A model generated the notes under the pieces. It did not search any database, had not been told where the DNA came from, and saw only the letters and a program-made list of their open reading frames with translations. 64,000 nt of DNA from Patescibacteria group bacterium (GTDB taxonomy: Bacteria > Patescibacteriota > Minisyncoccia > Phycocordibacterales > UBA2100): NCBI GenBank assembly GCA_021731295.1, contig JAKFXQ010000001.1:1636-65635 (forward strand), in the 5' to 3' direction. Of the stretch, positions 44,772 to 55,178 are shown in pieces. Numbering within the stretch: position 1 is the first letter of the stretch; each line of letters starts with the position of its first letter. A program made the translations under genes and the position numbers.

Positions 44772-46759
44772 CGCCTGCGGAGTGGATAGCACGCGGCGCA
44801 GAGGCCGAGGTCATCCATTTTCTGAATATATTCCACAACAGTAGTGACGAATTCTGCGTGGCTCCACACGAGTGGCGTAACGGATAGTGCCTCACCCGTG
44901 TATGGATTTACCTGCTCCGAGAGCATGCCGGAATCGGTCGCACGCTCGACCACCCACTCAAGGAGTCCGGTAATCTGGGCTAAATCGTCTGCCGTCTTCA
45001 CGCGAGAGAGGAGGTACTGCGCTTTCCACAGCGTGGTCACTGTCCACGGATTCGGCGCCGCGTCTTTCGACGTGCGGTAGTACATGTCGCCTTGGTTGCG
45101 CGGCATGCCACGAATCGTGCCTTCCTTTAGTTCGAGTTCGCGCGACATGGTCTCAAAGGACATCGCCAAGTGCGAATCATCCTTTGGTACTACACCAAAC
45201 TCATACACACCGTAGCTTGATGAAAAGTCGAGCGTGTAATCGTAGGTAAATTCTCCAGGACGCGAGCGGAACACGGCCTTCACGAACGCCTGCTTCGCGT
45301 CGCTCCAGAGCAATGAGGTAATGGCATCGCGCATTCGCTCGGCGGCGTTGCGATACCCCTCCGCGAGCTGGTGTTTCCCGAGCAAATCCGCAAAGTACTC
45401 GCCAACACGCAGTGCGCCATACGTCGTTGAGGCTGTATACGTAGAGACGCAATACACTTCCTCCCACAAATCGTAGCTCGGCTTCGGCAGGCCTGTTTCG
45501 TGATCCACGTGCGCTACCAAAAAGTCTGCACATCGCTTTATCAGCGAATTAAATACTCGCTCCACGAACTCGAGATCGCGCGTGACGTGATAGTACTCTT
45601 TCAGCACGACCAGGATGATTGCCGTCTCGTCTGCTTGCACGGGCAATTCCGTCGCGCCGTTTCGGTACCACGGATGCCACGAGGAACCGACAGAACCGTC
45701 CGCGAGGTACTTGTGCATGAAATACCCTTCCTTCGCCACTATCGAATCGCAGAACTCAAAGAAATTGCGTGCGCTTTCGAAATCACCCGCCAGAATGAGA
45801 GCCCGAATGGCGTAGGCTGCATCACGCGGCCAGACGTACGCATACGTGTCGCGCCCCTGATTCAAGATGCCCGTATCGCTCGCGGCGATGATGCCGCCAC
45901 GCTTGTCTGTATGTGCGCGAATGACAAGGAGTGAGCGCGTAAACATCTCCTGAATGCCGGTAGGAATTTTAGAGAGATTGATGCCTTGCCGTGTCAGCCA
46001 TGCGCGCCAGTAGTCACTGACGGTACCGAGCAAGTATTGTGGCGTTTTTGTGCGCACGTACTCATTCAAGTCTTGTATCGCTTCGAACGTCTCTCCCGCA
46101 CAAAGCCAGTAGTAGAAGGTGCGTGACTCGCCTGGTTGATAGTGCGCCTGAAGGCGCATCACCGAATCCACCTGTCCGTGTTCGATGCCGTTTTGTGACA
46201 ACACGCCGTCGTCCGCATCCCTGAATGTCCCCTCCTTCCCTTCAATACCGGAGAGGCCCACACTCCACTGGTCAAATGGCGCGCTCTCGTGCGATTCGGC
46301 TCGCATGAGGAACATACGCCGACCTTCATAGTGGACCAGTGCGTGCATGCGTGGATCATAGTACGCAGTATCGCCACGCGCCGTTTCTCCCACCTGGAAT
46401 TCATGCCCGAAGAACAATCCAATATCACGTGCATTTTTCGCATCGTTCGTGACAACGATTTCGCGCAGGAAAATATTCTGTTCATTATAGACGGCGTCCC
46501 GCACCGACAAGCGCACTCCCTTTCCAGAGAGCACACCCTCCGCGGTCCCCACCATCGTGTCGTGCATCATGGTCGTCGTCATCTGCCACGAATCGCTTTC
46601 GGTCCAATGCATAGCACCGTCAACGAACACGCCGATGCGGTGGGTGCGGCCGCTCACATGATTCTCACGACCGATGTACGGAAAATAGAGGTCGCGCATT
46701 TGCGCACGCGCATCCACGCCCACGAGGAGCGAGCCGTTCCCCAATGTATAGGACCTCAT
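44768..46759 (-). CDS. GH15 glucoamylase / oligosaccharide amylase
   Basis: YAYVWPRDAAY, QADET, SYDLWEE, LSEQV...PLVWSHAEF. Confidence 0.92.
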   Translation of the reverse strand: MRSYTLGNGSLLVGVDARAQMRDLYFPYIGRENHVSGRTHRIGVFVDGAMHWTESDSWQMTTTMMHDTMVGTAEGVLSGKGVRLSVRDAVYNEQNIFLREIVVTNDAKNARDIGLFFGHEFQVGETARGDTAYYDPRMHALVHYEGRRMFLMRAESHESAPFDQWSVGLSGIEGKEGTFRDADDGVLSQNGIEHGQVDSVMRLQAHYQPGESRTFYYWLCAGETFEAIQDLNEYVRTKTPQYLLGTVSDYWRAWLTRQGINLSKIPTGIQEMFTRSLLVIRAHTDKRGGIIAASDTGILNQGRDTYAYVWPRDAAYAIRALILAGDFESARNFFEFCDSIVAKEGYFMHKYLADGSVGSSWHPWYRNGATELPVQADETAIILVVLKEYYHVTRDLEFVERVFNSLIKRCADFLVAHVDHETGLPKPSYDLWEEVYCVSTYTASTTYGALRVGEYFADLLGKHQLAEGYRNAAERMRDAITSLLWSDAKQAFVKAVFRSRPGEFTYDYTLDFSSSYGVYEFGVVPKDDSHLAMSFETMSRELELKEGTIRGMPRNQGDMYYRTSKDAAPNPWTVTTLWKAQYLLSRVKTADDLAQITGLLEWVVERATDSGMLSEQVNPYTGEALSVTPLVWSHAEFVTTVVEYIQKMDDLGLCAACYPLRRR

Positions 46760-48087
46760 GCCTTCTTGCGCGCAGGTCGCGCAGGCGATTTCCCTTTCGC
46801 CGGTGCCAACAATTTCTTAGGAGGGGCGGCCGCCTTCGCTCGTGCGAGAAGTTTTGGTGGAGCTTTCGTTTTTACCGGAGCCTTCGTTGATGCTTTGGGC
46901 TTCTCGATGCGTAACATTAAGTCAGCCAGCGCGTTCCGATACGCAATGTAGGCATTGTAGGGAGACTCGTACGGATTGAAATAGGCATGAATATCTCCGT
47001 CGTTGAACCACTTCGTGCACATATAGTAGAAGTGGTCAGACGTCTGCAGCTTCCTCCAGTCCTCGATGATGGCATCGTCCTTGGTCGCCATGACCTGGTC
47101 TTCAATTGCGTAGACGTCTGCGAGCGCGGAGCGTTGCAAGTCATTGCCCATCCATGCGGAGAGATCACGATCAGTGTCTGCCCACGAGACGACATGTGGC
47201 ACGTCTACCACGCCGACCGGCTTATTGCGTTCAGCCGCCTCGGAGACCGTAACGAAATCCGTGTCCTTGTGCGCGAGAATGTGCTCTGGCAAGTGCCGAA
47301 CGAACTCGAAGATGCCGGTATCTGCCCACTTGTGCTCACCAAAGGTCTCGTAATCTAAAAAGAGGTTCACGACTTGCCCGTTGCCGTGATACGCGTGCAC
47401 CCAGTGCGCAAACTTATCCGCGGTCAACGGCCACCCGGCCCACGATGAATCGTGGAAGCGGAACGCGATGTCATCCGACAGTTTATAGTGCTTCATGAGA
47501 AGCGCTGTCTTTCCCTTCGGTGGACGATACACGTAGGTTGGCGCGCGCCAGCCGAGAATCGCATCCCATCCTTCAAGCAGCACTGCTTTGTAATTCTTTT
47601 TTGCTGCCCACTCAGCAAGCGAGTTTGTGTACGCGAGTTCGGTATTCCGCAGCGTCTTTGGGGTAACGCCGAAAATCTTCTTAATCTTGGCCGCGTGCAT
47701 TTCTACCTGTCGCTCGAACTCCGGCACTGAATAGAAGAACGCGAGGGAGTGATAGTACGTTTCTGCAACAATCTCAACGCGCCCCGTCTTTACCATTGCG
47801 CGATAAATATCTAAGACGTCCGGCGCCCATCGTTCCATTTGTTCTAACACCGTCCCTGTGAATGAGAACGAGAGCTTGAGTTCAGGATGGCGATGCAAGA
47901 GTTCGAGAAATAGTTCGCCTGCAGGGCGATAGCATTTGTTGGTTACCTTGCGCAGAACCCACTCGTTGTTCAGGTTTTCTTCGCCGGCGTGAGTGAAGTA
48001 GTCGTGACTGTGTCCGACGTCAAAGATGCGATACCTGCGCACGCGGTACGGCTGATGTACATGGAAATAGAGACACACTGAGAGCAT
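46756..48087 (-). CDS. GH57 alpha-amylase
   Basis: HVHQP, ETYYHSLA, RNTEL, DYETFGEH, LQTSDHFYYM. Confidence 0.93.
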   Translation of the reverse strand: MLSVCLYFHVHQPYRVRRYRIFDVGHSHDYFTHAGEENLNNEWVLRKVTNKCYRPAGELFLELLHRHPELKLSFSFTGTVLEQMERWAPDVLDIYRAMVKTGRVEIVAETYYHSLAFFYSVPEFERQVEMHAAKIKKIFGVTPKTLRNTELAYTNSLAEWAAKKNYKAVLLEGWDAILGWRAPTYVYRPPKGKTALLMKHYKLSDDIAFRFHDSSWAGWPLTADKFAHWVHAYHGNGQVVNLFLDYETFGEHKWADTGIFEFVRHLPEHILAHKDTDFVTVSEAAERNKPVGVVDVPHVVSWADTDRDLSAWMGNDLQRSALADVYAIEDQVMATKDDAIIEDWRKLQTSDHFYYMCTKWFNDGDIHAYFNPYESPYNAYIAYRNALADLMLRIEKPKASTKAPVKTKAPPKLLARAKAAAPPKKLLAPAKGKSPARPARKKA

Positions 48088-48093
48088 GAAAGA

Positions 48094-49287
48094 TCACGAG
48101 GAGGTGACACATGCAGTATATAGTGCAATACATCGTTTCGCCGAGATATCCCATGTGGATTGCAACGCCTCGTGCGCGCCGTTTTTACTCAACGTATCGT
48201 GAAGCGGCTTATACGCAGCAATGGAGAGCATGTACTGAGCAAGCAATTCTACATCCCAGAAATCTGCTACAAGCGCGCTCGGCAAAACTTCTTTCACGCC
48301 TGATTGCTTGGAGATGATCGTCGGAATTCCTTCTGCCGCTGCTTCAAGCGCGATGAGACCAAATGGTTCGGCGACCGACGGCATCACCAGCATGTCAGCG
48401 GCCTGCATGAGCGCGCGACGTTCTGCTCCGCGAGCGAATCCGGCAAAGAACACATGCTTCCCTAACCCGACACCGGCAGCGTGAAAAAGCAGTTGGCGTT
48501 CGAGTTCGCCCGCGCCCGCAAGAATGAATCTAAATCGCGGATTGTGTCTGATAACAATTTCTGCCGCACGCAAGAATATGTCGGGACCTTTATGCAGAGT
48601 CATACGTCCCATGTAGAGCGCGACCGCTCCCCTATCGGGCTTTACGGTAACGGGCACGAAATCTTCGTGCTCGCGCAACAGTCCATTATGGATGACATAA
48701 ATCTTTTCGCGCGGAACGTTGTACTTTGTTTCAAGAAGTTCGCGCACGCGGTGCGATATTGCAATGATGGCATCTGCGCCATCAAATGATTCCTTCTCTA
48801 TCGCGAATACGCGTTCGTCGAATCCCAGTGCCGCGCCCTGATCCACAGACGGAAGGTGCACGTGGAGAATCAAGGGCTTCCCCGTTGCCTTCTTTGCCGC
48901 GAGTCCTGCAGGGAACGCCAACCAGTCGTGCGCGTGAATGACATCGAATTTCTCGGTGAGTGCTATGTCTTCAGCGGCCTCCGCGTAGCGCAATACTTCT
49001 GAAAATAAATCATGCGCGAATCCACCCTGAATGCCCATGCGCATCTGTTCATACAATGTCGCCGTCATGTAGGGCGAGAGCAAAGAGTTGACGAAGCGTC
49101 CGCGAACACGCTCCTTGGGTGGGAAAATGACGTCGAGATGTTCATCGGGCACGTCTTGTGGACGCGGAAGAACGAAGGTCACCGAAACGCCCGCGTCTGC
49201 GAGAGCCTTCGTTAGTCCACGACAGGCGACTCCTAAACCGCCACTATTGTGCGGCGGAAACTCCCATCCAAACATGAGTACGCGCAT
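48094..49287 (-). CDS. GT4 glycosyltransferase (glycogen-synthase-like)
   Basis: MFGWEFPPHNSGGLG, IHAHDW, EPFGLIALEA. Confidence 0.9.
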   Translation of the reverse strand: MRVLMFGWEFPPHNSGGLGVACRGLTKALADAGVSVTFVLPRPQDVPDEHLDVIFPPKERVRGRFVNSLLSPYMTATLYEQMRMGIQGGFAHDLFSEVLRYAEAAEDIALTEKFDVIHAHDWLAFPAGLAAKKATGKPLILHVHLPSVDQGAALGFDERVFAIEKESFDGADAIIAISHRVRELLETKYNVPREKIYVIHNGLLREHEDFVPVTVKPDRGAVALYMGRMTLHKGPDIFLRAAEIVIRHNPRFRFILAGAGELERQLLFHAAGVGLGKHVFFAGFARGAERRALMQAADMLVMPSVAEPFGLIALEAAAEGIPTIISKQSGVKEVLPSALVADFWDVELLAQYMLSIAAYKPLHDTLSKNGAHEALQSTWDISAKRCIALYTACVTSS

Positions 49288-49350
49288 GCGTTTTCAGTAT
49301 AGACTGCGCACCTAAGGATGTGGCCCTGCAAAGCCACAAAAGGGGGACAA

Positions 49351-50154
49351 CTAGCGCCCCCGCATGGCAAGCGCCCGACCACCTTCTAAACCGCCATTAT
49401 CTTTAAGAGAGGCCATGACCAGTTTCGGCATTGTGGCGAAGGGACTGATGCGCGCTGCGAGGTCCGCCTGCAGACGTTCAAGTGGAATAGGATTAATCCC
49501 GACAATCATCGAGCCCCCTATCACAATGGTATCCGGCGACCAGTGCACGCACGAGTTGTAGAGCCCGATGCTCAATATGTCAGCGAGTTTGGTACGCTCT
49601 TCAAGTGAGTCGAGATCCTTAGGATGAATGCCGAACTTCTTCTGCACGGCTTTTCCAGAAACTTGATCTTCCAGAGACTCAGTACCAACGAGCTGCTTGC
49701 CTGGGTGGAACCCGATGGCGGCCCTATCGATTCCGCCGTCCACGATGCGCGCCCCACCGACACCCGTGGAAACGGTGACATACATCATGATTGACGACCC
49801 CTGCCCTGCCCCGAAGGCGAACTCGCCTAACCCAACACACCCCGCATCGTTCACGATGGTGACAGGAGCGGATACAACTTTCTGCAGATGTTCTGCGGGC
49901 GATAGGCCGACCCACTGCGGAATATTGGGCATCTCGCGAATCCTCTCTCCGTCGAACTCCCCTGGCATGCAGCCTGCTATAGCATCTACCGTCCGGTCGC
50001 CCGCAAGTGTCTTCACGAGCTCCGAGAAGCGCGCCATGCCCTCGGCCGGATCTTGTGGCGTCGGAATTTTGCTTATATCTTCGAGACCATTCTCGCTCGC
50101 TCGCGCAACGCGCATGTTCGTACCTCCGATATCAAAAACAATGTAGGTGCTCAT
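49351..50154 (-). CDS. ROK family sugar kinase
   Basis: FDIGGTNMR, VNDAGCVGLGE, TVSTGVGG. Confidence 0.9.
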   Translation of the reverse strand: MSTYIVFDIGGTNMRVARASENGLEDISKIPTPQDPAEGMARFSELVKTLAGDRTVDAIAGCMPGEFDGERIREMPNIPQWVGLSPAEHLQKVVSAPVTIVNDAGCVGLGEFAFGAGQGSSIMMYVTVSTGVGGARIVDGGIDRAAIGFHPGKQLVGTESLEDQVSGKAVQKKFGIHPKDLDSLEERTKLADILSIGLYNSCVHWSPDTIVIGGSMIVGINPIPLERLQADLAARISPFATMPKLVMASLKDNGGLEGGRALAMRGR

Positions 50155-50175
50155 ACGCGCCAGTATCGCACCGCG

Positions 50176-51168
50176 CTAGTCGGCGAACAAGACTTTCGCA
50201 AAGAGCCAGTGGTCAGGGTGGCCCTTTTCGCGCATGTAGTACCACCACTCCACGCCCCACAAGTATTGTTCTCTAAACGGCGTCTCTGCCGCATAGGCGA
50301 TTATTTCCTCCATCATTGGGACACTCATGCGCGAACGCTGCTCTAGGAGCGGCACGTCTTCTATGGGCGCTGCAAGCCACGGCTCGAGTGAGAGTTCGGA
50401 AAGAATGACGGGCTTCTGACCGTACAGAAGTCGCATCACCGTGCCTTTGACCGCATAGAGCGAGGACGGCAGCGCCGTGCGGAACATGCCGGTATCAGGT
50501 CTGTAGAAATAAATGTACAGACTGGTGCCGAAGACGTCGGCGAGTTGATACGGTTTGTACCAGAGGCCGAGATTGCCGCTGTCGGTAACCATGATTGGGC
50601 GCGAGTCGAGCGAACGAACTAGTGCGAGCTCTTCCTCAAAAAATGCCTCGTCTACCATATCTCCGCATGACTCGTCCGCAAAGACGGGGAGGAACACCTC
50701 GTTCTCTACCTGCCACATGGTGATGGTCGGATTGTCCTTGTATCGCTCGACGGTCGCCCGCACGATGTCGCGCAGCTGACTCTTCTGCTCTTCCCACGGA
50801 AGTTCGCGTGCCCACTGCGGAATATGACATTCGGGCCAGCGCGGAACACGCCTGCCTATCGCCAGGATGACACGGGCGTCGCGCGCACCCGCCTCGCGAA
50901 TAAGCTCGTCGAGTTCGCTCCAGTCATACGCGTCGCGCTCGCGTTCTATCTGGTCCCAGTACGCCACGAGACGAAACTTTCGGACACCAAGCTCATCGAG
51001 CGTTGCACGATACGCTGCCCGCCAATCAATACCAATTTCGCGTGCATAGGCCGGTGAGAATGTGACGCCGTATTCGCGTGTCGGAGGAATGTCGGCACGA
51101 GATAAAAAGAAGTACCCAAGTATGACGGAGCCAATGATGGTGGCGAGCGTAGCGAGAATGGCTTTCAT
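50176..51168 (-). CDS. Membrane-anchored clan GH-A glycoside hydrolase (GH42/GH5-like)
   Basis: N-terminal TM; WDQIE, WQVENE (acid/base Glu), LSELSLE (nucleophile region). Confidence 0.8.
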   Translation of the reverse strand: MKAILATLATIIGSVILGYFFLSRADIPPTREYGVTFSPAYAREIGIDWRAAYRATLDELGVRKFRLVAYWDQIERERDAYDWSELDELIREAGARDARVILAIGRRVPRWPECHIPQWARELPWEEQKSQLRDIVRATVERYKDNPTITMWQVENEVFLPVFADESCGDMVDEAFFEEELALVRSLDSRPIMVTDSGNLGLWYKPYQLADVFGTSLYIYFYRPDTGMFRTALPSSLYAVKGTVMRLLYGQKPVILSELSLEPWLAAPIEDVPLLEQRSRMSVPMMEEIIAYAAETPFREQYLWGVEWWYYMREKGHPDHWLFAKVLFAD

Positions 51169-52058
51169 GCAAACGTGTACGCGAGTGCCGCGAGGCCGAC
51201 GCAGATGAGCCCAATACCGACACCCGTATGCCAGCCACCATGCGTTAGTGAATCCTGTTTCATCCCGGGCATGTAGCGTGCAAACAGAATGGACATGATG
51301 AAGAGGAAGACGAACTGTAATCCGGTGAGCGCATTGACGAGAGCGACACTCCCCAGAGACACGGCAAATGAAAACAAGATACTCGCGGCGCCTGCTATCA
51401 CTTTGTTCCCCATCACGAGTGCCCATGCGCCACGCGTGGACTGTTTCGCGCTATGGAATATTTTCGCGCGCATCTGTGGAAGAAGGAGGAGCGAGAGGAC
51501 GAAGAGAACGCCCATCATGCGCATCCAGAAGAATGCGTCTATGAAGTCCGTTCGCTCAAAGACGAGCTTGGAGAGAAACACGGTCGAGCCAAACGCGACT
51601 CCCGCACAGATCGTGTAGAGGAGCGCACTGCGAGAGAAGTGGAAGTGCGAAATAATCGCCGTGCCGATTGCAAGGAGGAAGGCCGGTAGAATGAATCCTT
51701 CGACATCCGTGTGCAGAATGAGTGCCGAGAGGACAATGGTCGTCAGCGCAGAGATTCCTCCCACGGCAGGAGCAACATCTGAGGCGCGTGCGATTTTGAG
51801 TGCCGAGTAGAGCGTGAAAAGCGCGGTGAAAAATGCCATGCCGTTCATGAGCGCGATGCCAATGAGCGACCACGTGGGCCACGACACAAACCCAAAGGGT
51901 GCAAATCCCGCTACGACCGCAGAAAAGAGCACGGAGAAAAATGCGTAGGCCGCTGGCTCACCTATTGCACGCGCGCGGATGACAATATGCTTGTCAATGA
52001 GAATGGAGACCGCGTACAAGAACTGCGCGGCGAACGCGAGGAGAATCCAGAGCTCCAT
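51165..52058 (-). CDS. EamA/DMT family transporter
   Basis: About 10 hydrophobic segments forming two DMT-like halves. Confidence 0.78.
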   Translation of the reverse strand: MELWILLAFAAQFLYAVSILIDKHIVIRARAIGEPAAYAFFSVLFSAVVAGFAPFGFVSWPTWSLIGIALMNGMAFFTALFTLYSALKIARASDVAPAVGGISALTTIVLSALILHTDVEGFILPAFLLAIGTAIISHFHFSRSALLYTICAGVAFGSTVFLSKLVFERTDFIDAFFWMRMMGVLFVLSLLLLPQMRAKIFHSAKQSTRGAWALVMGNKVIAGAASILFSFAVSLGSVALVNALTGLQFVFLFIMSILFARYMPGMKQDSLTHGGWHTGVGIGLICVGLAALAYTFA

Positions 52059-52127
52059 CCGCGTATTCTACCGTGCTCAAAGCCCATACCCTTGGTGCAA
52101 CGCCCGAGACGGGTATAATCGCCCCAC

Positions 52128-52658
52128 ATGATAGTACTCGGCACTATCCTTCTCCTCCTTCCAGCAGCGGCCGCGAACATGGCGCCCGTCTTTTTTAGCC
52201 GCGCCACGTTTCTCTCTACCCCGCTCGATTTGGGAAGACACTACCGCAATAGACGTGTGTTCGGTGACAATAAGAAGGTGCGCGGGCTTGTCGTCGGAAT
52301 CTGTGCTGCCGTTCTCGTCGCCTGGATACAGGTTCTCGCGGCACCACTGTTCGCTGAATACGCGCTTATCGATTATGCCGCCGTGGACCCGATCCTCCTT
52401 GGGCTCCTTCTGGGGACGGGAGCACTCGTCGGTGACGCTATAGAGAGCTTTTTCAAGCGCCAGCGTGGCATTGCACCGGGAGAATCTTGGATGCCGTTTG
52501 ACCAGATTGATTGGATACTGGGTGCGTTCGTGTTTCTCACGCCACTGTACATGTTCTCCCCTGCCGTCTATTTCGCAGCACTCCTGATTGGCGGGTTACT
52601 CCATCCCGTCATCAATATCATCGGCTACCACATAGGACTCAAGCGCAAACGCCTCTAG
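52128..52658 (+). CDS. CDP-archaeol synthase family (CarS/DUF46) protein
   Basis: PAAAANMAPV, PLDLG....RRVFGDNK..RG, GDAIESFFKRQRGI.PG...PFDQID. Confidence 0.87.
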   Translation: MIVLGTILLLLPAAAANMAPVFFSRATFLSTPLDLGRHYRNRRVFGDNKKVRGLVVGICAAVLVAWIQVLAAPLFAEYALIDYAAVDPILLGLLLGTGALVGDAIESFFKRQRGIAPGESWMPFDQIDWILGAFVFLTPLYMFSPAVYFAALLIGGLLHPVINIIGYHIGLKRKRL

Positions 52659-53869
52659 GTCGATTTCTCTTTGATTAGACGCGCGTAGTCATACGCACTT
52701 TGTCGAATGGTTCGTGTCTGCGTCGCGTAATCAATCGCGACAAGTCCGAAGCGCTTGTCGAATCCATGCGACCACTCGTAATTATCGAGAAGTGACCAGT
52801 ACATATAGCCGCGAAGGTCCGCGCCGCGCTCGCGCGCTCGCTCCATCGCATAGACGAGTTCACGAATATACGAGGCACGATTCACATCTTTCTCGTCTGC
52901 AATCCCCGCTTCACTCACGTAGAGCGGCTTGCCGTAGCGCTTCAGCATTACTAATGCCTCTTCGATGCCCTCGGGATAAATGTCCCAGTTCATGTCGGTT
53001 TTCGAGTACTGACGCGTGTCGCCAAACTTTTTGTGGAGGTAGTAATTGACTCCGATAGAGTCGCACTGCTTCGCGACGCGCGACATAAAGTAGTGCGTCC
53101 AATGCCAATTGAGAACGGCCGCAAGAACGCGATGCTTGAGCCTTCCATCGTCATGGAAGAGGATAACTTGGTGCACAAGCCCAACGTCGAGAGAGGGCTG
53201 TGCCCGTTTCATCTCGCGATACGCCGCATTGTGCGCAGCGATGAGATTTTTTATGACACGAAAATACAGATAGATATTCCGGAAACTGGTGTCTTTCTTC
53301 ATATCCGGCATAGAACCAGGAACTCCGGAGAGCGCCATTTCTATCCCAGGCCAACTTTTGAATGGCGCCCACGTGCCGCGCCGCCACCCATTCGAAGAAA
53401 ACGGCATCGCCTCGTTCATCGTCGCAAAGTGTGCGCATAAGTCACCAAGTTCGCGCGCGACGTGGCCGCAGTAGCGAGCGAAGATTTCGGGTGCATCCTT
53501 TCGTTCGAAGCCACCCGTCCGTGCAAACCACAGCGGTAAGGTGAAGTGCCAGACCGTGACGAAAGGCTCAAGCCCCCGCGCACGCAGTGCCATCAAGACC
53601 TTGCGGTAGTGTTCGATTTCTTTAGCGTCAAACTTTCCTTCTTCGGGTTCGATACGCGCCCATTCAACAGACAGGCGATGACAATTGTGCCCGAGCGATT
53701 TGGCGATATCGAAATCACTTTCGTAGCGCGCGTAGTGCTCGCACGCAGCACCACAGACCGGCACGCGTCCTTCTCGTGCCGCTTCCGCCCAATCACAATT
53801 CTCAATGCCGCCTTCTACTTGATAGCTCGCTGTTGCGGCGCCCCAGAAGAAACCCTTCGGGAATGACAT
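52655..53869 (-). CDS. GH1 beta-glucosidase
   Basis: FPKGFFWGAATASYQVEG, RLSVEWARIEP, TMNE, YVSEAG, WSLLDNYEW. Confidence 0.93.
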   Translation of the reverse strand: MSFPKGFFWGAATASYQVEGGIENCDWAEAAREGRVPVCGAACEHYARYESDFDIAKSLGHNCHRLSVEWARIEPEEGKFDAKEIEHYRKVLMALRARGLEPFVTVWHFTLPLWFARTGGFERKDAPEIFARYCGHVARELGDLCAHFATMNEAMPFSSNGWRRGTWAPFKSWPGIEMALSGVPGSMPDMKKDTSFRNIYLYFRVIKNLIAAHNAAYREMKRAQPSLDVGLVHQVILFHDDGRLKHRVLAAVLNWHWTHYFMSRVAKQCDSIGVNYYLHKKFGDTRQYSKTDMNWDIYPEGIEEALVMLKRYGKPLYVSEAGIADEKDVNRASYIRELVYAMERARERGADLRGYMYWSLLDNYEWSHGFDKRFGLVAIDYATQTRTIRQSAYDYARLIKEKST

Positions 53870-53950
53870 CACGCTAGTATACGGCATTGCGCAGACCAGT
53901 TTGTCGCGCTATACGTACGGATGGCTAGGAGGCAGCAGAAAGGGAGCGCC

Positions 53951-54133
53951 ATGTGCGTAACGAGAGAACGTGAGACGGTCTTGTGCCCCGAGTGTCGTCA
54001 AATCGTCCCTGCGCGACTGGATCGCGTTGACGAATGGGTGGCGAGCGGCCACAAACGCTGGATAGTAAGGAAGAATCGCCGACGCGACGAATTCTGTCCT
54101 GGCAGCGGGCAAAGGCCCTACGAGCCGAGATGA
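53951..54133 (+). CDS. Small zinc-ribbon-like hypothetical protein (60 aa)
   Basis: CPEC...H...CPGSG; SD AGGGAG before ATG 53951. Confidence 0.6.
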   Translation: MCVTRERETVLCPECRQIVPARLDRVDEWVASGHKRWIVRKNRRRDEFCPGSGQRPYEPR

Positions 54134-54173
54134 CCCTACGGGGTCGCGAATGCGCATGCGGTATACTGCCGTC

Positions 54174-55178
54174 ATGCGCATTCTCTTTGATGCTGTCGAA
54201 ACGGACGAGCAAAACTTTTACCGTAGCGAATTACCCGAACATGAACTCACGTTTCTCGACACGCCACTCACTGCCGTGCGAGATGAATTGCAAAATGCTG
54301 ACATTCTCTCAGTGTTCGTCTCTTCCTCGGTCACGCCAGAGATGATTGCGGCAATGCCGACCGTTAAGGCGATTGCGACGCGCTCCATGGGGTTTGATCA
54401 CATAGACAAGGCGGCGTGTAAGGAGCGTGGCATAACACTTACCTACGTACCCTCCTATGGGACGCGTACGGTCGCCGAGTTCGCATTCTCGCTCATCCTC
54501 GCACTTTCACGAAAGGCGTACGCTGCGTATGACCGCCTACGCACCGACGGCACAACCGACGTGAAAGACTTTGAGGGATTCGACCTTGCGGGAAAAACCA
54601 TCGGCGTCGTGGGCACCGGCAAGATTGGCAAGAACATGGCTCGCATTGCGCGCGGCTTCGACATGAAGGTAGAAATTTGCGACAGTTTCCCAGACGAATC
54701 ATTCGCAAAGGAGATTGGAAGCACGTATTGCTCGCTTGAGGAACTTGTTGCCGCAAGCGACATCATCTCCATTCACGTACCTTTGATGCCTCAGACGCAG
54801 CATCTCTTTAACGCCGACATTCTCGCGAAGTGCAAACCCGGAGCCTACCTCATCAACACATCACGCGGCGGCGTGGTGGATACCAAGGCGCTCGTTGATG
54901 CGCTCAAGCGCGGACACCTCGCTGGCGCAGGACTCGATGTTATAGAAGGCGAACGTGCACTCATGGACGAAACATCACTCCTCTCCGAATCGCACCAGGA
55001 CGTGAACGAGTTCCAAGAGCTCGTCGCGGCACACGCACTCCTCGACATGCCAAACGTAATTCTCACACCGCACATCGCGTTCAATACGAAAGAAGCAAAG
55101 CGTGAGATTGCGACGGTCACGGTCGCGAACATACAGGCAGCTATTGCGGGCACGCCACAGAATACCGTCGCACTATGA
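54174..55178 (+). CDS. D-2-hydroxyacid dehydrogenase (D-lactate dehydrogenase-like)
   Basis: TRSMGFDHID, GVVGTGKIG, INTSRG, GAGLDVIEGE, TPHIAF. Confidence 0.92.
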   Translation: MRILFDAVETDEQNFYRSELPEHELTFLDTPLTAVRDELQNADILSVFVSSSVTPEMIAAMPTVKAIATRSMGFDHIDKAACKERGITLTYVPSYGTRTVAEFAFSLILALSRKAYAAYDRLRTDGTTDVKDFEGFDLAGKTIGVVGTGKIGKNMARIARGFDMKVEICDSFPDESFAKEIGSTYCSLEELVAASDIISIHVPLMPQTQHLFNADILAKCKPGAYLINTSRGGVVDTKALVDALKRGHLAGAGLDVIEGERALMDETSLLSESHQDVNEFQELVAAHALLDMPNVILTPHIAFNTKEAKREIATVTVANIQAAIAGTPQNTVAL

